Source: Planctopirus limnophila DSM 3776
GTDB lineage: Bacteria; Planctomycetota; Planctomycetia; Planctomycetales; Planctomycetaceae
Length of the DNA stretch: 32,000 bases
Assembly (NCBI RefSeq): GCF_000092105.1
Contig: NC_014148.1
Coordinates: forward strand, 4,260,001 to 4,292,000
Direction of reading: 5' to 3'
Under the pieces are notes generated by a model. It worked only from the letters and a program-made list of their open reading frames with translations. It was not told the DNA's origin and searched no databases. Shown here piece by piece: positions 1-10,100 of the stretch (positions are counted from its first letter, which is position 1; every line of letters begins with the position of its first letter). Made by a program: the position numbers and the translations under genes.

Positions 1-1
1 C

Positions 2-1342
2 TGGCCCGATAAGGTGGCTCCCACAGCCGAGACAAACTCGAATGCCTGGCGCTGGCTGGGCAACAAGCTCGCCACGGGTACCAACCTTCAGTTAGCTGCC
101 TGTCTCGCACTGAGTTTAGTCGCAAGTTACGGCCTCATTTTCTTCCGGACCGAAACCAAGGTCATTCGTTACTTCCCAGAGTCATCACGTGTCGTACAGG
201 ACTATCGCGCGATTGAAAATCATTTGGCGGGGATCACGCCGGTCGAAGTGATTGTTCGCTTCGATGATGCCGCCCAGCAGCAGACCAACTTTCTGGAACG
301 CATGGAAGCGGTTCGAGAAGTTGAGGCCCATATCAAGCGGCACCCGGAAATCAGCGGTGCTGTGGGGCTGGCCGACTTTCTGCCCGTGAGTGAGAAGCCC
401 GAAGCCAATGCCTCCGTCCTGGCAAATGCGCGTTACAACAAACGCGCAAATACGATCGAGCAGAAAATTCGAGATAGTGAAATTCCCGGCTCAGCCTCCT
501 TCTACACGATGGCCGAATCAGGTCAGGATCTCTTCACTCCCGGTGATTACAAACTCAATCGTCCTGGCGACGAGTTGTGGCGCATCACCGCACAGGTCTC
601 CATTCTCTCACCCATCGACTATGTGCAGGTCGTCGATTCTCTCAATGGCACCACGCAGGAAATTTTGAAACTACACCCCGGTGCCATGCACGTCGTGACG
701 GGCACTGCTCCGCTGTTTTTAAGAACTCAGCAGGCTGTGCTGGAAAGTCTCATTTCCAGCTTCGGGCTCGCTTTTGTGCTGATTCTGGCTGTGATGGTGA
801 TCTTGCTGAAAAACTTCATGGCCGGCCTGGTTTCGATGATCCCCAATGTCCTGCCCATTACCATCGTCTTTGGGCTCATGGCCTGGTTTGGACAGCGGGT
901 CGATATCGGCTCCATGATCACTGCCTCAGTCGCACTGGGGATTGCCGTCGATGGCACACTCCATTACATCGCCTGGTTCCAGAAGCAGATGCTGGCCGGC
1001 CAAACCCGCAAAGAAGCAGCGATTCGAGCACTCGAACATTGCGGCCCCGCCATCTGGCAAACCAGCGTCGCAGTGAGTCTCGGCCTGCTGGTGCTTATGC
1101 CCTCGGAACTGCTGCTGATCAGCCGGTTTGGCTGGTTGATGGCCGCCCTGGTCGCCGTCGCCATGCTTGGCGATCTGATTCTGTTGCCCCTCTTAATGCT
1201 GTCACCCATTGGAAAAATTCTGGAACCAGTCGCGTCAGCAGAAACACAGGAGATTCTCGAAGCCATCGAGCCAGACACCCTGCCAGTAGCCGCCACCACC
1301 ATGCGCCTGGCACCCGTGATCACACCATCGGATTCCCGATAA
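2..1342 (+). CDS. MMPL/RND-superfamily membrane transporter, C-terminal half (5' end cut by window edge)
   Basis: The reading frame is open from base 2 (ORF track 14..1342). A soluble loop region is followed by a bundle of hydrophobic helices (FGLAFVLILAVMVILL, PNVLPITIVFGLMAWFG, SMITASVALGIAVDGTLHY, WQTSVAVSLGLLVLMP, FGWLMAALVAVAMLGDLILLPLLML). This is typical of the second transmembrane repeat of RND/MMPL (HpnN-like) exporters. Confidence 0.75.
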   Translation, partial: WPDKVAPTAETNSNAWRWLGNKLATGTNLQLAACLALSLVASYGLIFFRTETKVIRYFPESSRVVQDYRAIENHLAGITPVEVIVRFDDAAQQQTNFLERMEAVREVEAHIKRHPEISGAVGLADFLPVSEKPEANASVLANARYNKRANTIEQKIRDSEIPGSASFYTMAESGQDLFTPGDYKLNRPGDELWRITAQVSILSPIDYVQVVDSLNGTTQEILKLHPGAMHVVTGTAPLFLRTQQAVLESLISSFGLAFVLILAVMVILLKNFMAGLVSMIPNVLPITIVFGLMAWFGQRVDIGSMITASVALGIAVDGTLHYIAWFQKQMLAGQTRKEAAIRALEHCGPAIWQTSVAVSLGLLVLMPSELLLISRFGWLMAALVAVAMLGDLILLPLLMLSPIGKILEPVASAETQEILEAIEPDTLPVAATTMRLAPVITPSDSR

Positions 1343-1492
1343 CCATCGCCTGCCTGATCTGCATCGACTCATTCAGAATTAGAAATCAAGTCAGGAAAGC
1401 GATGCCGGTTTGGGAATCTTTCTCATGAAGCTCGACAATCAGCCACGCTAGCAGATACCGAAATTCGTAACTCAGGGCCAACTCCAGCATGC

Positions 1493-1522
1493 CACTGCTG
1501 GCTTGCCAGCAGTGCTCCTTTT
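1493..1522 (+). terminator. Candidate intrinsic terminator downstream of the transporter gene
   Basis: CACTGCTGGC (1493-1502) and GCCAGCAGTG (1505-1514) are perfect reverse complements. The effective structure is an 8-bp stem with a 6-nt loop, followed by CTCCTTTTA. The T-run is short and lies 4 nt from the stem. Confidence 0.4.
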
Positions 1523-2024
1523 ACTGGGGAGTAATACAACCCCTGATACGATCACGCGCTGCGTCACATGCTTTGGGGTATGCTTGCCAATCGGACACTT
1601 ACAGGATGTCACAAGTTGTCCGTCTGCGGGCGATGTGTATGCAGTAGGACGGGAGGTTTCGTTGTCCATGAGACCTGCCGTTTGAGTTTCTGGAGATTTC
1701 CAGTAAGACTTTCTCAGAGTGGCGGGGTGGCCCAGACGTGGCTTTGAACGTCTGGGTGACGACAGTCACAAGAAATACTCTGCAAACCCCGGCTTCGTGA
1801 CAATAGGGTGCATGATACAACCCTCCCGCTCCATCCGCTCGCAGTGCTCGTGAAATTGTCGCAGGCTAGCACTCAAAAACAAACAATAAGCACCGACCCC
1901 TTTGATTTGCTCAGACGGTTTCGACCAATCGTTGTCAATAGGCCCATCGGAACATGAATCACCCGGCAGCTTGGAACAACCCGGCAAGTCTCTCGCTGCA
2001 AACGCTCCAACTTTGTCGACTTTC

Positions 2025-2105
2025 CTTCGCGCTCTTCGCGACTTCGCGTGAGCCCTCTTGAATCTCGCTTTCAGGACAAGATCTGCTCGCGCGAAGTCGC
2101 GAAGA
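2025..2105. repeat. CTTCGCG heptamer array forming a long inverted repeat / hairpin
   Basis: Three direct CTTCGCG copies lie at 2025-2031, 2034-2040 and 2042-2048. Two inverted copies (CGCGAAG) lie at 2090-2096 and 2098-2104. Bases 2033-2053 pair with 2085-2105 as a 21-bp stem. It contains 20 Watson-Crick pairs plus one T:G pair, which is a wobble only on the + strand. An inner 5-bp helix pairs TCTTG (2056-2060) with CAAGA (2077-2081). Confidence 0.6.
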
Positions 2106-2132
2106 AATCCAAGAGGAATAGGCACGCCCAGT

Positions 2133-2172
2133 AAAAACAGATTCCCGACGTTCAGGGCGAACGCCGGGAATC
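2133..2172 (-). terminator. Intrinsic terminator of aspS
   Basis: Read on the minus strand, GATTCCCGGCG (2172-2162) pairs with CGTCGGGAATC (2150-2140). This gives 11 bp including one G:U, with an 11-nt loop. It is followed directly by TGTTTTTAC (complement of 2131-2139). The hairpin starts 27 nt after the aspS stop codon. Confidence 0.6.
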
Positions 2173-2198
2173 GGATGCTCAGATATTGCGAGACAAAA

Positions 2199-3968
2199 CT
2201 ACTTCACCGGCACATCCACCTTGATCCGCAGGTCGCGGAGTTGTTTGGTGTCGACGGGAGCCGGGGCGCCGGTGAGGAGGTCGCTGGCCTTCTGGTTCTT
2301 CGGGAAGGCGATGACGTCGCGGATGTTGTCCGTGCCCGAGAACATCATCGACCAGCGATCCAGACCCAGCGCCACACCGGCATGAGGAGGTGCGCCATAT
2401 CGCAATGCTTCCAGCAGGAAGCCAAAGCGGAGTTCGGCTTCTTCCGGCTGGATCCCCATCATGCTGAAAATGCGCTGCTGGACCGCGGGATCATGAATAC
2501 GGACGCTGCCACTGGCTGCCTCATAACCGTTGCAGACCAGGTCGTACGACTGAGCCCGCACCTTGCCCGGGTCGGTTTCCAGAATGTCGATATCCTCTTC
2601 GTGCGGCTGGCAGAAGGGATGGTGCTCAGCCACCCACCGCTGCTCGTCTTCATCCCACTGGAACATGGGGAAATCGACGACCCAGGCGATCTTCATTTCC
2701 TTCGGATCGTAAAGGGCCAGTTCCTTCGCCAGCCGGTTGCGCAGTGCACCCAGAGCCGCCGAGGAAACCTTGGCAGTGTCGGCCACGCAGAAGATCAGGT
2801 CGCCAGCCCTGGCGCCCAGCTTGGCGATCAGCTTCTGCTGATCCTCCGCCGAGAAGAACTTGGCAATCGGCGAATCGAGACCTTCCTCCTTCACGCGGAA
2901 GAAGGCGAGGCCCTGCGCCCCGTATTGCTTCACGAATTCCGTCAGTTCATCAATCTGCTTGCGGCTGTATTTCTCGGCAGCACCGGGAGCAACAATCCCC
3001 CGCACGCGGTTGCCGTTGGCGATGGTGTTCTTGAAGACACTGAAGCCGCAGTTTTCAGCGATCTCCTTGAGGCAGATCAGTTCCATACCAAACCGCAGGT
3101 CAGGCTTGTCGGAGCCGTACTTCTCCATGACTTCGCGGTGCGTGAGCCTTGGGAGTGGCAGCGGCAGTTCCTCGCCGCGCAGCTCCTTGAGCAGGTGCGC
3201 CATGAGGCCGTCGATGGTCGAAAGGATGTCGTCCTGCTTGACGAAGGCCATTTCCACGTCGATCTGGGTGAACTCGGGCTGGCGATCAGCCCGCAGGTCT
3301 TCATCGCGGAAGCAGCGGGCAATCTGGAAGTAACGGTCGTAGCCGGCGACCATCAGAATCTGCTTGTAGAGCTGCGGCGATTGCGGCAGCGCATAAAAGC
3401 TCCCCTCGTGCACCCGGCTGGGAACGAGGTAATCCCGCGCCCCTTCAGGTGTCGAACGACCCAGAATGGGCGTTTCGATTTCGAGGAAGTTGTGACGGTC
3501 GAAGTAATCGCGCGTCGCTTTAGCGAGCTTATGCCGCAGAATAATTGCCTGCTGCACCACGGGCCGCCGCAGGTCGAGATAGCGGTACTGCATCCGCAGT
3601 TCTTCGTTGGGAAGATCCTGCGTGCGCGGCTCGAAAGGAGGCGTCTTACTCTTGTTGAGCAGCGTCAACTCGCGGCCGCGGACTTCCACCTGCCCCGTGA
3701 CGAGCTTGGGGTTTTCGAGACCGGCACCACGAGCGAGGACTTCGCCTGTCACCTGGATGACATCTTCACTGCGAAGGCCACGGGCGATGGTCTGCATGTC
3801 AGTGGGAGTGTCGGCCTGAAAGACAACTTGAGTGATGCCGTAACGGTCACGCAGGTCGATGAAGACAACCCCCTTGTGATCGCGGTAGCTGTCCACCCAG
3901 CCACAAAGGGTGGCAACTTGTCCAACATGCTCGATACGCAGTTCGCCGCAGGTCTTGGTCCGGTACAC
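2199..3968 (-). CDS. aspS: Aspartate--tRNA ligase (bacterial type AspRS)
   Basis: 589 aa. The N-terminal OB-fold anticodon-binding region reads [11 protein letters not shown]...[28 protein letters not shown]. Class II motifs are present: [28 protein letters not shown], and [18 protein letters not shown]. The length and the inserted domain are typical of bacterial AspRS. Confidence 0.97.
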   Translation of the reverse strand: MYRTKTCGELRIEHVGQVATLCGWVDSYRDHKGVVFIDLRDRYGITQVVFQADTPTDMQTIARGLRSEDVIQVTGEVLARGAGLENPKLVTGQVEVRGRELTLLNKSKTPPFEPRTQDLPNEELRMQYRYLDLRRPVVQQAIILRHKLAKATRDYFDRHNFLEIETPILGRSTPEGARDYLVPSRVHEGSFYALPQSPQLYKQILMVAGYDRYFQIARCFRDEDLRADRQPEFTQIDVEMAFVKQDDILSTIDGLMAHLLKELRGEELPLPLPRLTHREVMEKYGSDKPDLRFGMELICLKEIAENCGFSVFKNTIANGNRVRGIVAPGAAEKYSRKQIDELTEFVKQYGAQGLAFFRVKEEGLDSPIAKFFSAEDQQKLIAKLGARAGDLIFCVADTAKVSSAALGALRNRLAKELALYDPKEMKIAWVVDFPMFQWDEDEQRWVAEHHPFCQPHEEDIDILETDPGKVRAQSYDLVCNGYEAASGSVRIHDPAVQQRIFSMMGIQPEEAELRFGFLLEALRYGAPPHAGVALGLDRWSMMFSGTDNIRDVIAFPKNQKASDLLTGAPAPVDTKQLRDLRIKVDVPVK

Positions 3969-4220
3969 AGGGCCATCTTTCGATAAAAGCAGTTTCGATA
4001 ATTCAGTTCGTCAGTCGATCAAGGCGATGGAATACCGTCAGGGGCATTCCAATACCACTCTGGCAGATGATGGACACCCGATGTGAAAACAAGGTGCAGA
4101 ATCTGCCAGCAATTTCGCGAATCGGGATTATAGAAGGAATCGGCCGCCGGGAATATCGAGTGACGCTTTCTCGTGGAAATCGCGCACTCTTCTCGACGTA
4201 AATTCCCGCGAATTGAGCCT

Positions 4221-4275
4221 GAAAATGTAAAAATTCACGCGGCCAGCACACCTCCAGGGGGCCAGCCGCGTGAAT
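4221..4275 (-). terminator. Intrinsic terminator of the sulfatase gene
   Basis: An 11-bp perfect stem pairs ATTCACGCGGC (4233-4243) with GCCGCGTGAAT (4265-4275). On the minus strand it is followed by TTTTACATTTTC (complement of 4221-4232). It lies about 45 nt downstream of the stop at 4319. Confidence 0.65.
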
Positions 4276-4318
4276 CTTGAAGAGAACTTCTCACTTGCAG
4301 TCAAACAGCCAGCGATCG

Positions 4319-6868
4319 TTATTCGCTGACTCGATTGTTCCGGCCAGCCGCTTCGAGCTTCTTAATGTCGGCTTCAGAAAGTTGTGGGCGGTCAACTTTG
4401 AGGGTCAACTTCTTGAGCTTGCCAGTGAACGGGAATGGTGGCTGATAGTCGGCATCATTCACACCGGTGAGTGTATCTGAACCGATATCGAAACTTTCAT
4501 CCCACTGGAGAATCATCGGCAATGTGCGTGGCATTTTCTTCGTGGCGACCACTTTGCCATCGACCTTGAGGATGCCTGTCGCAGGCTGACCTAAGCCACT
4601 GTAGTTATTGAAGAGCAGCGTCCCCACGCCCTTCCCTTCGTACTGAAAATCGAACTCGAGTGTGTGCTTGCCGGGAGTGAGTGGTTCCGTCCCTTCCCAG
4701 CGAACGCGTTCGAGATCGAGCAGGTTCCAGATCCACACGGGTTTCCCTTTAAGCAGGTAAAAGCCGTAGCCCGCAAAACGTCCACCCGAGGTCAGCAGCA
4801 TCCCTTCGGCACCACCGGCTGGGACTTCAATCTCAGCGGTAATATTGAACGAGGAGTTCAGCAGGACGGGAGAATCCCCTTGCGGAATCCCCACTTGCGG
4901 GAAGGTATAGATAAACTCCGTCCGACCAGCCGTGATATTAGGTCGCGGTGCGACTAATCGTGAGGCAACAGAGGCATCGAGCGGCAACACCTGATACTTC
5001 TTTGCTTCTTCGAGGAACTTCTGCTTCAGTTCGGCCACCTTCTCGGGATATTGAGCCGCTAGATCTTTCGACTGAGAATAGTCTTTCTCGAGATGATAAA
5101 GTTCCCAGGTCACGTTATTCAGCGGATCGGGATTGGGCACGCCAAAGGCCTCCCAGGGAGGACGCGTTACCTTGGTGCTCAGGAGCCATCCCTCATGGTA
5201 AATGGCGTGGTCACCGAACATCTCAAAATACTGAGTGGTATGTGTCGAGGGAGCCTTCGCATTCTTTTCGTCGAATGTATAGGCAAAGCTGGCCCCTTCA
5301 ATGGGGCTTTGCGGAATCCCATCCACCACTTGAGGCGCGTTGATACGGGTGGATTCAAGAATTGTCGGGACGACATCGATCACATGATGGAACTGATGGC
5401 GAATTCCTCCACGGTCTTTAATACGCGCTGGCCACGAAACGGCCATCCCTTGCCTGACGCCTCCTAAATGCGACGAAATCTGCTTAAACCAGCTAAACGG
5501 GGTATCAAAGGCCCATGCCCAGTGGGCGGACATGTGGTTATAAGTCTTATCAGTACCCCAGTCTTCATAATACTTCTCAAGCTGCACATTGACCGGGACG
5601 TCCACGCCATTAAAGAAAGCAACTTCATTCGGTGTTCCATGGAGACCACCTTCGGCACTGGTTCCATTATCGCCATTGATATAGATAATCAGCGTGTTAT
5701 CGAGCTTGCCCATATCTTCGACCGCCTGAATCACGCGACCAATCTCATGGTCGGTATAGGCGACATAAGCAGCAAAGATTTCGACCTGTCGAATAAAGAG
5801 TTTCTTTTCTTCGGGAGTGCAGTCATCCCAGTTCTTAAGGAGTTCGCTAGGCCAGGGTGTCAACTGGGTCTCAGGTGGGATGACGCCTAGCCTTTTCTGA
5901 TTGGCGAATATCGTGTCCCGCAGTTTGTTCCATCCCTGATCAAACAAGTGCAGATCGCGGATCTTTTGGACCCATTCTTTGGTGGGGTGGTGCGGTGCAT
6001 GCGTACCACCGGGAACGTAGTAGCAGAAGAATGGTTTGGAGGGATCGATCTGATTCAGATGATTCAAATGAGCAATCGCATCATCGGCCATGCCTGTCGT
6101 CAGGTTCCAGTCTGGCTTCCCGCGGTACGGAAAGATCTGTGTCGTATTGCGAAACAGATTCGGCTGCCACTGGTTGGTATCCCCCCCCACAAAGCCATAG
6201 AAGTATTCAAAACCCATGCCGACAGGCCATTGATCAAAGGGCCCAATCTCGCTGGCTTCGAATGCGGGGGTGTTGTGGTTCTTGCCAAACCATGATGTCG
6301 CAAAGCCGTTGTCTCTTAAAATGCGGCCAATCGTGGCTTTATCCTTAGCGATGATACTGTTGTAACCCGGGAATCCTGTCGATTGTTCGGAAATCACACC
6401 AAAGCCTGCGGAGTGATGATTGCGGCCCGTAATGATCGCTGCGCGCGTGGGTGAACAGAGTGCTGTCGAGTGCATCTGTGTGTATCGCAGGCCATTTTTG
6501 GCCACGCGATCTAATGCAGGCGTCGGGATCACCCCGCCAAATGTACTCGGGACTCCATAACCCGAATCATCCGTCATAATCAGGAGCACATTCGGTGCAC
6601 CAGCTGGTGGTACAATTCGAGGTGCCCACCACGGTTTCGATTCGGAAGCGATGTTCTTGATCACACCCCCGAATGCCGGATCAGGTGCAGGAAGCTGCTT
6701 GCCATCAATGGTCGTGGTCGCTGCAGGAGAGCCAATGGGTACTGCCGACTTGGGCGCTGGACTCTCCTGAGATTGCGCCAGCGCTGGCGTGAATATTCCC
6801 AAGCCTCCGGACACAACGAAGGCAATGAATAGTCTGCTCGCCATGACTCGAAACGATACCAGGCTCAT
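4319..6868 (-). CDS. Secreted arylsulfatase (formylglycine-dependent sulfatase family) with large C-terminal extension
   Basis: 849 aa. The signal peptide is MSLVSFRVMASRLFIAFVVSGGLGIFTPALAQS. The metal-binding start is NVLLIMTDDSGYG. The formylglycine motif C-x-P-x-R appears as LCSPTRAAIITGRNHH. Downstream sulfatase blocks are present (GKNHNTP, YVPGGTHAPHH, IYINGDNG). Confidence 0.9.
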   Translation of the reverse strand: MSLVSFRVMASRLFIAFVVSGGLGIFTPALAQSQESPAPKSAVPIGSPAATTTIDGKQLPAPDPAFGGVIKNIASESKPWWAPRIVPPAGAPNVLLIMTDDSGYGVPSTFGGVIPTPALDRVAKNGLRYTQMHSTALCSPTRAAIITGRNHHSAGFGVISEQSTGFPGYNSIIAKDKATIGRILRDNGFATSWFGKNHNTPAFEASEIGPFDQWPVGMGFEYFYGFVGGDTNQWQPNLFRNTTQIFPYRGKPDWNLTTGMADDAIAHLNHLNQIDPSKPFFCYYVPGGTHAPHHPTKEWVQKIRDLHLFDQGWNKLRDTIFANQKRLGVIPPETQLTPWPSELLKNWDDCTPEEKKLFIRQVEIFAAYVAYTDHEIGRVIQAVEDMGKLDNTLIIYINGDNGTSAEGGLHGTPNEVAFFNGVDVPVNVQLEKYYEDWGTDKTYNHMSAHWAWAFDTPFSWFKQISSHLGGVRQGMAVSWPARIKDRGGIRHQFHHVIDVVPTILESTRINAPQVVDGIPQSPIEGASFAYTFDEKNAKAPSTHTTQYFEMFGDHAIYHEGWLLSTKVTRPPWEAFGVPNPDPLNNVTWELYHLEKDYSQSKDLAAQYPEKVAELKQKFLEEAKKYQVLPLDASVASRLVAPRPNITAGRTEFIYTFPQVGIPQGDSPVLLNSSFNITAEIEVPAGGAEGMLLTSGGRFAGYGFYLLKGKPVWIWNLLDLERVRWEGTEPLTPGKHTLEFDFQYEGKGVGTLLFNNYSGLGQPATGILKVDGKVVATKKMPRTLPMILQWDESFDIGSDTLTGVNDADYQPPFPFTGKLKKLTLKVDRPQLSEADIKKLEAAGRNNRVSE

Positions 6869-7102
6869 GTTGATTTCCAGTGTCGCTGAACTGATCGTGG
6901 AACTTCGAACTGGTGAATCACCAGCCGCATAGGCTAAAACGATAAGGCTTTTTTATCAGGAAAGCGACTCGCGAAAGCTGACGAAAACTCAAGGCTGTCG
7001 CGCGGGTTTTCGCCTCTTCAACTTTTATGCTTATAAATAGCTAACGTTCGTATTGCCGAACAATTGTTGCAGACTCATTGATTCACCTGGCTAACAAGGT
7101 CG

Positions 7103-10100
7103 TTAGCCGTCGGAATCTGCAATGTCGAGTGGTGTTGACGAGCGTGGCTGACCTTCTCTTGTCGGATTCGCATGGGCTTCGTGAGCGACGTTGGCAGCCG
7201 CGATCTTCCAGTCTTCGGGAATCGAGCGCACGTGCAGATCCATTTGCGGGAACGAAATCTCGATCCCTGCAGCAGCCAGTTCACGGTAAATCGCGATATG
7301 CAATTGATGCGTGACTGTGAGTCGATTTTCAAGATCCGGCAGGAAGAAGCGGATCGTAAACCGCATGGCGTTGTCGCCGAATTCGTCGAAAACCACTGAG
7401 GGGGGTGGGTTCTGCAATACTTGGGGAATGCTGGTGACACACTTCATCAGCACCTCTTGAACCTTGAATGGATCTGAGCCGTAGGCGACTCCCACCTTGA
7501 TCGTGAGTCGATTCACCTTATCGGAGAGCGTCCAGTTCAAGACGCGGCTGGTGATAAATTCTTTGTTCGGAACCAGAAGCTCTTTACGATCCCAATCCGT
7601 AATGGTCGTGGCTCGAAATCGAATCTTGGAAACCGTTCCGGAAACATCTCCAACAGTAACGACATCCCCTTCACGAATGGGTCGTTCGAGCAGGATGATA
7701 ATACCCGAGACAAAATTGGCAAAAATCTCCTGCAGACCAAAGCCCAGTCCCAGACTGGCAGCCGCCACGAGCCATTGCACATTCGACCAACTGACACCGA
7801 TCTGACCGAAGGCCAGAATCACTCCCAGCGTAAAGATCAGATAGCGAACGAGCGTAATGACCGTCAGGTGCAGCCCCCGATCACTCGACAATCTTCTCAG
7901 CAGGGCGACTTCCAGCAGGCCCGGGATGTTCTGCCCCGCAATCAATGCGGCTGCGAAGATCAGAATCGCCACTGCCAGATCGCGTGCCGTAACTTTGCGA
8001 TACCCGCTCACAGAACTGCTTGAAGTATTATTGGCAGGCTTGCCCGCTGCTCCATCTGGGGCTGATGAGGAAGCAGACGGAGCAGCCGCAGATGCAGCCA
8101 CAGTTTGCGTGGTTTCCCACAGTTCGAGACGATCGAGAATCCCTAATGCGGGCACAATATCGGCCCAGATGAACCAGACTCCGCACAGCCCGGCAATCAC
8201 GAGGCTCGTCCTGAGCAGTGATCGCACCTGATTGACGATGGCCGCCAGATCAACCTTAAACGAAGAAAACAGCAGGCTTTGAAGATTTGTCGCCAGACTT
8301 CCTGGAACCTGCCGCACACTTTCTTCAGCCGCCTGACGCATCTGTTTGACTTGTTCGAGGGCCAGCTTGCGACGCTCAATGGTAATCCAGCGCATGACAA
8401 TCGCCTGCAGGATGATCAGTCCCACAATGAGCCAGAATGTCCAGTGCAGACGAATCGCCAGTTGCCCTGCCGTATAGAAGTAACCCATCGCCACCAGCAC
8501 ACCGAGGAGCAGAGGAATCACGACGGCCAGATACTTGGCCAGAGTCTGCACCCGTTGAATCAATGGACTTTCGACAGGCTCGCCAGTCAGCAGGTGCGTC
8601 CCGGGAACCTGACGGAACATCGTCGCCCACGAAACTCCAGAGATCATCGCCAACAGCAGCAGAAACAGCGGCCTGCCCAGCGCATCGAGATACTTTTCGT
8701 CCGTCGTGTCGGACTGCTGATGAACACTGAGAAATGTGATCGCAAAGACCAGTGGAGTTCCACACACAGCCAGAGTTGTCATCCCACGATATAAACGACG
8801 CACAAAGCTTTCAGACCAGCCAAAATGGTGCGAAGCCAGTCCTTTTTTAAGGGTAATCATCCGCAGTAACTCAAGTGTCAGCAGAAAAATCGCTGAGACT
8901 TTTAAGCAGCGGGCGATTTCTTCCGTCGTCAGTGACGAACTCGCTGAATCAGCCAGCCGCCACGCCATAAATCCCACAAAGGCGGGCCAGCCAATGGCCA
9001 GCAGAATCGTCCATGTCAGCGCCCTCATGGTCGGTGTCAATGTCCGGCATGAAGGCAGAATCGACTGCTCACCCAGCAGGCGGATTTCAACACCCATCCG
9101 CCTTCTCAACAACAACAGCGGAAACAGCCCCAAAGCAGCGAGCAGATACAAAGGAAAACTTTGCCAGAGATCTTTCATGAGCACCTGAGAAGCCTGTTGC
9201 CAGTCTTCTACACTGAAGAGCCACTTCACAGCAGCCCTGGCATCGTGGAAAGTTTCCAGCGAGATCGGACCACTGGTGCGAATCCAGAGGACTCGCTCAT
9301 CGATATAGCTGCGGAACTGCTGCACCTGCTCGACAAGCTCTCTCCGGGCAGCATCCAGTGCCACCTGATTCTCAAAGGCAGTGGTGTAACTTCGATCCAG
9401 TGTCGTCAGCAGATCGCGTTTCTGCTTCAAAAGTATCTCGGCCTGGGCTTCCAGAATCTCCTTGGGGACATCGTTCGATGTCAGTTTGAGGCTGGCAAGC
9501 ACCTGCCCCAGCACCAGTTCCGGGGATCGAAGAGTGGTCAGCTCATCGTCGATTTCAAAGAGCTTCAATTGCAGTTCACGAAAGACATCGGCATCGGCCG
9601 TCAGACGTTCCGAAATGGCTCCCAGGTCTGGTAACGAAGAGCGTTTTTTCCTCAGCAGCAGCCCAATCGATTCGGTCAATCCGACGGTGTTGACCATTTC
9701 CTGGACCCGGCGAAAATCATCCTTTAATCGCTGAGTCTGCTGGCGAATCTCGGCCAGGTCACGCACAGCCCGCTGTGTCTTCTGGGCCAGTTGCTGATCC
9801 TGCTGGGCCAGTTTTTCATTAACTTCTGCTAATGGTTTGAGAATGGGATGAGCCAAAGCTGCTTCGCGCTGGGCCTGCTTGACGCGCATCTCGGCATCCT
9901 GCTGCCTGCGGCGTGCCAGGATCGTTTGCAACTGCTCGACCTCCTGCTGCGAAAGTGAGAGTTCGCGAGCCGCTAAGTCTCGCTGTTCGCGGGCCAGGGC
10001 ACTGCTCGCAGGAAGTTCGTACCACGACTGCTCCTGCCGGAGTGCTCCAATCTCCCGGAGAATGGCCATACGCTGGGCATAAATGGCGATCCGACGGGCT

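Noticed and set aside
577-1428. 283-aa same-strand alternative-frame ORF overlapping the transporter gene
   Set aside because: It has the R/H/G/P/A-rich composition typical of an off-frame reading of a GC-rich membrane-protein gene. The main frame encodes clear TM helices.
1766-2125. 119-aa minus-strand ORF in the gap downstream of aspS
   Set aside because: It would start immediately after the aspS terminator with no promoter space. Its sequence is partly dictated by the CTTCGCG repeat array, and it has no recognisable motif. A homology search could revive it.
2058-3986. 642-aa ORF antisense to the whole of aspS
   Set aside because: It is codon-aligned with aspS on the opposite strand (2199-2058 is a multiple of 3). 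It stays open simply because aspS avoids TTA, CTA and TCA codons. The product is R/G/A/L/V/H-rich and low in complexity, with no motifs. aspS itself is unambiguous.
7089-7108. Hairpin GGCTAAC/GTTAGCC overlapping the MscK-like stop codon
   Set aside because: The stem is only 7 bp, it overlaps the coding end, and no T-run follows on the minus strand. It is not convincing as a terminator.
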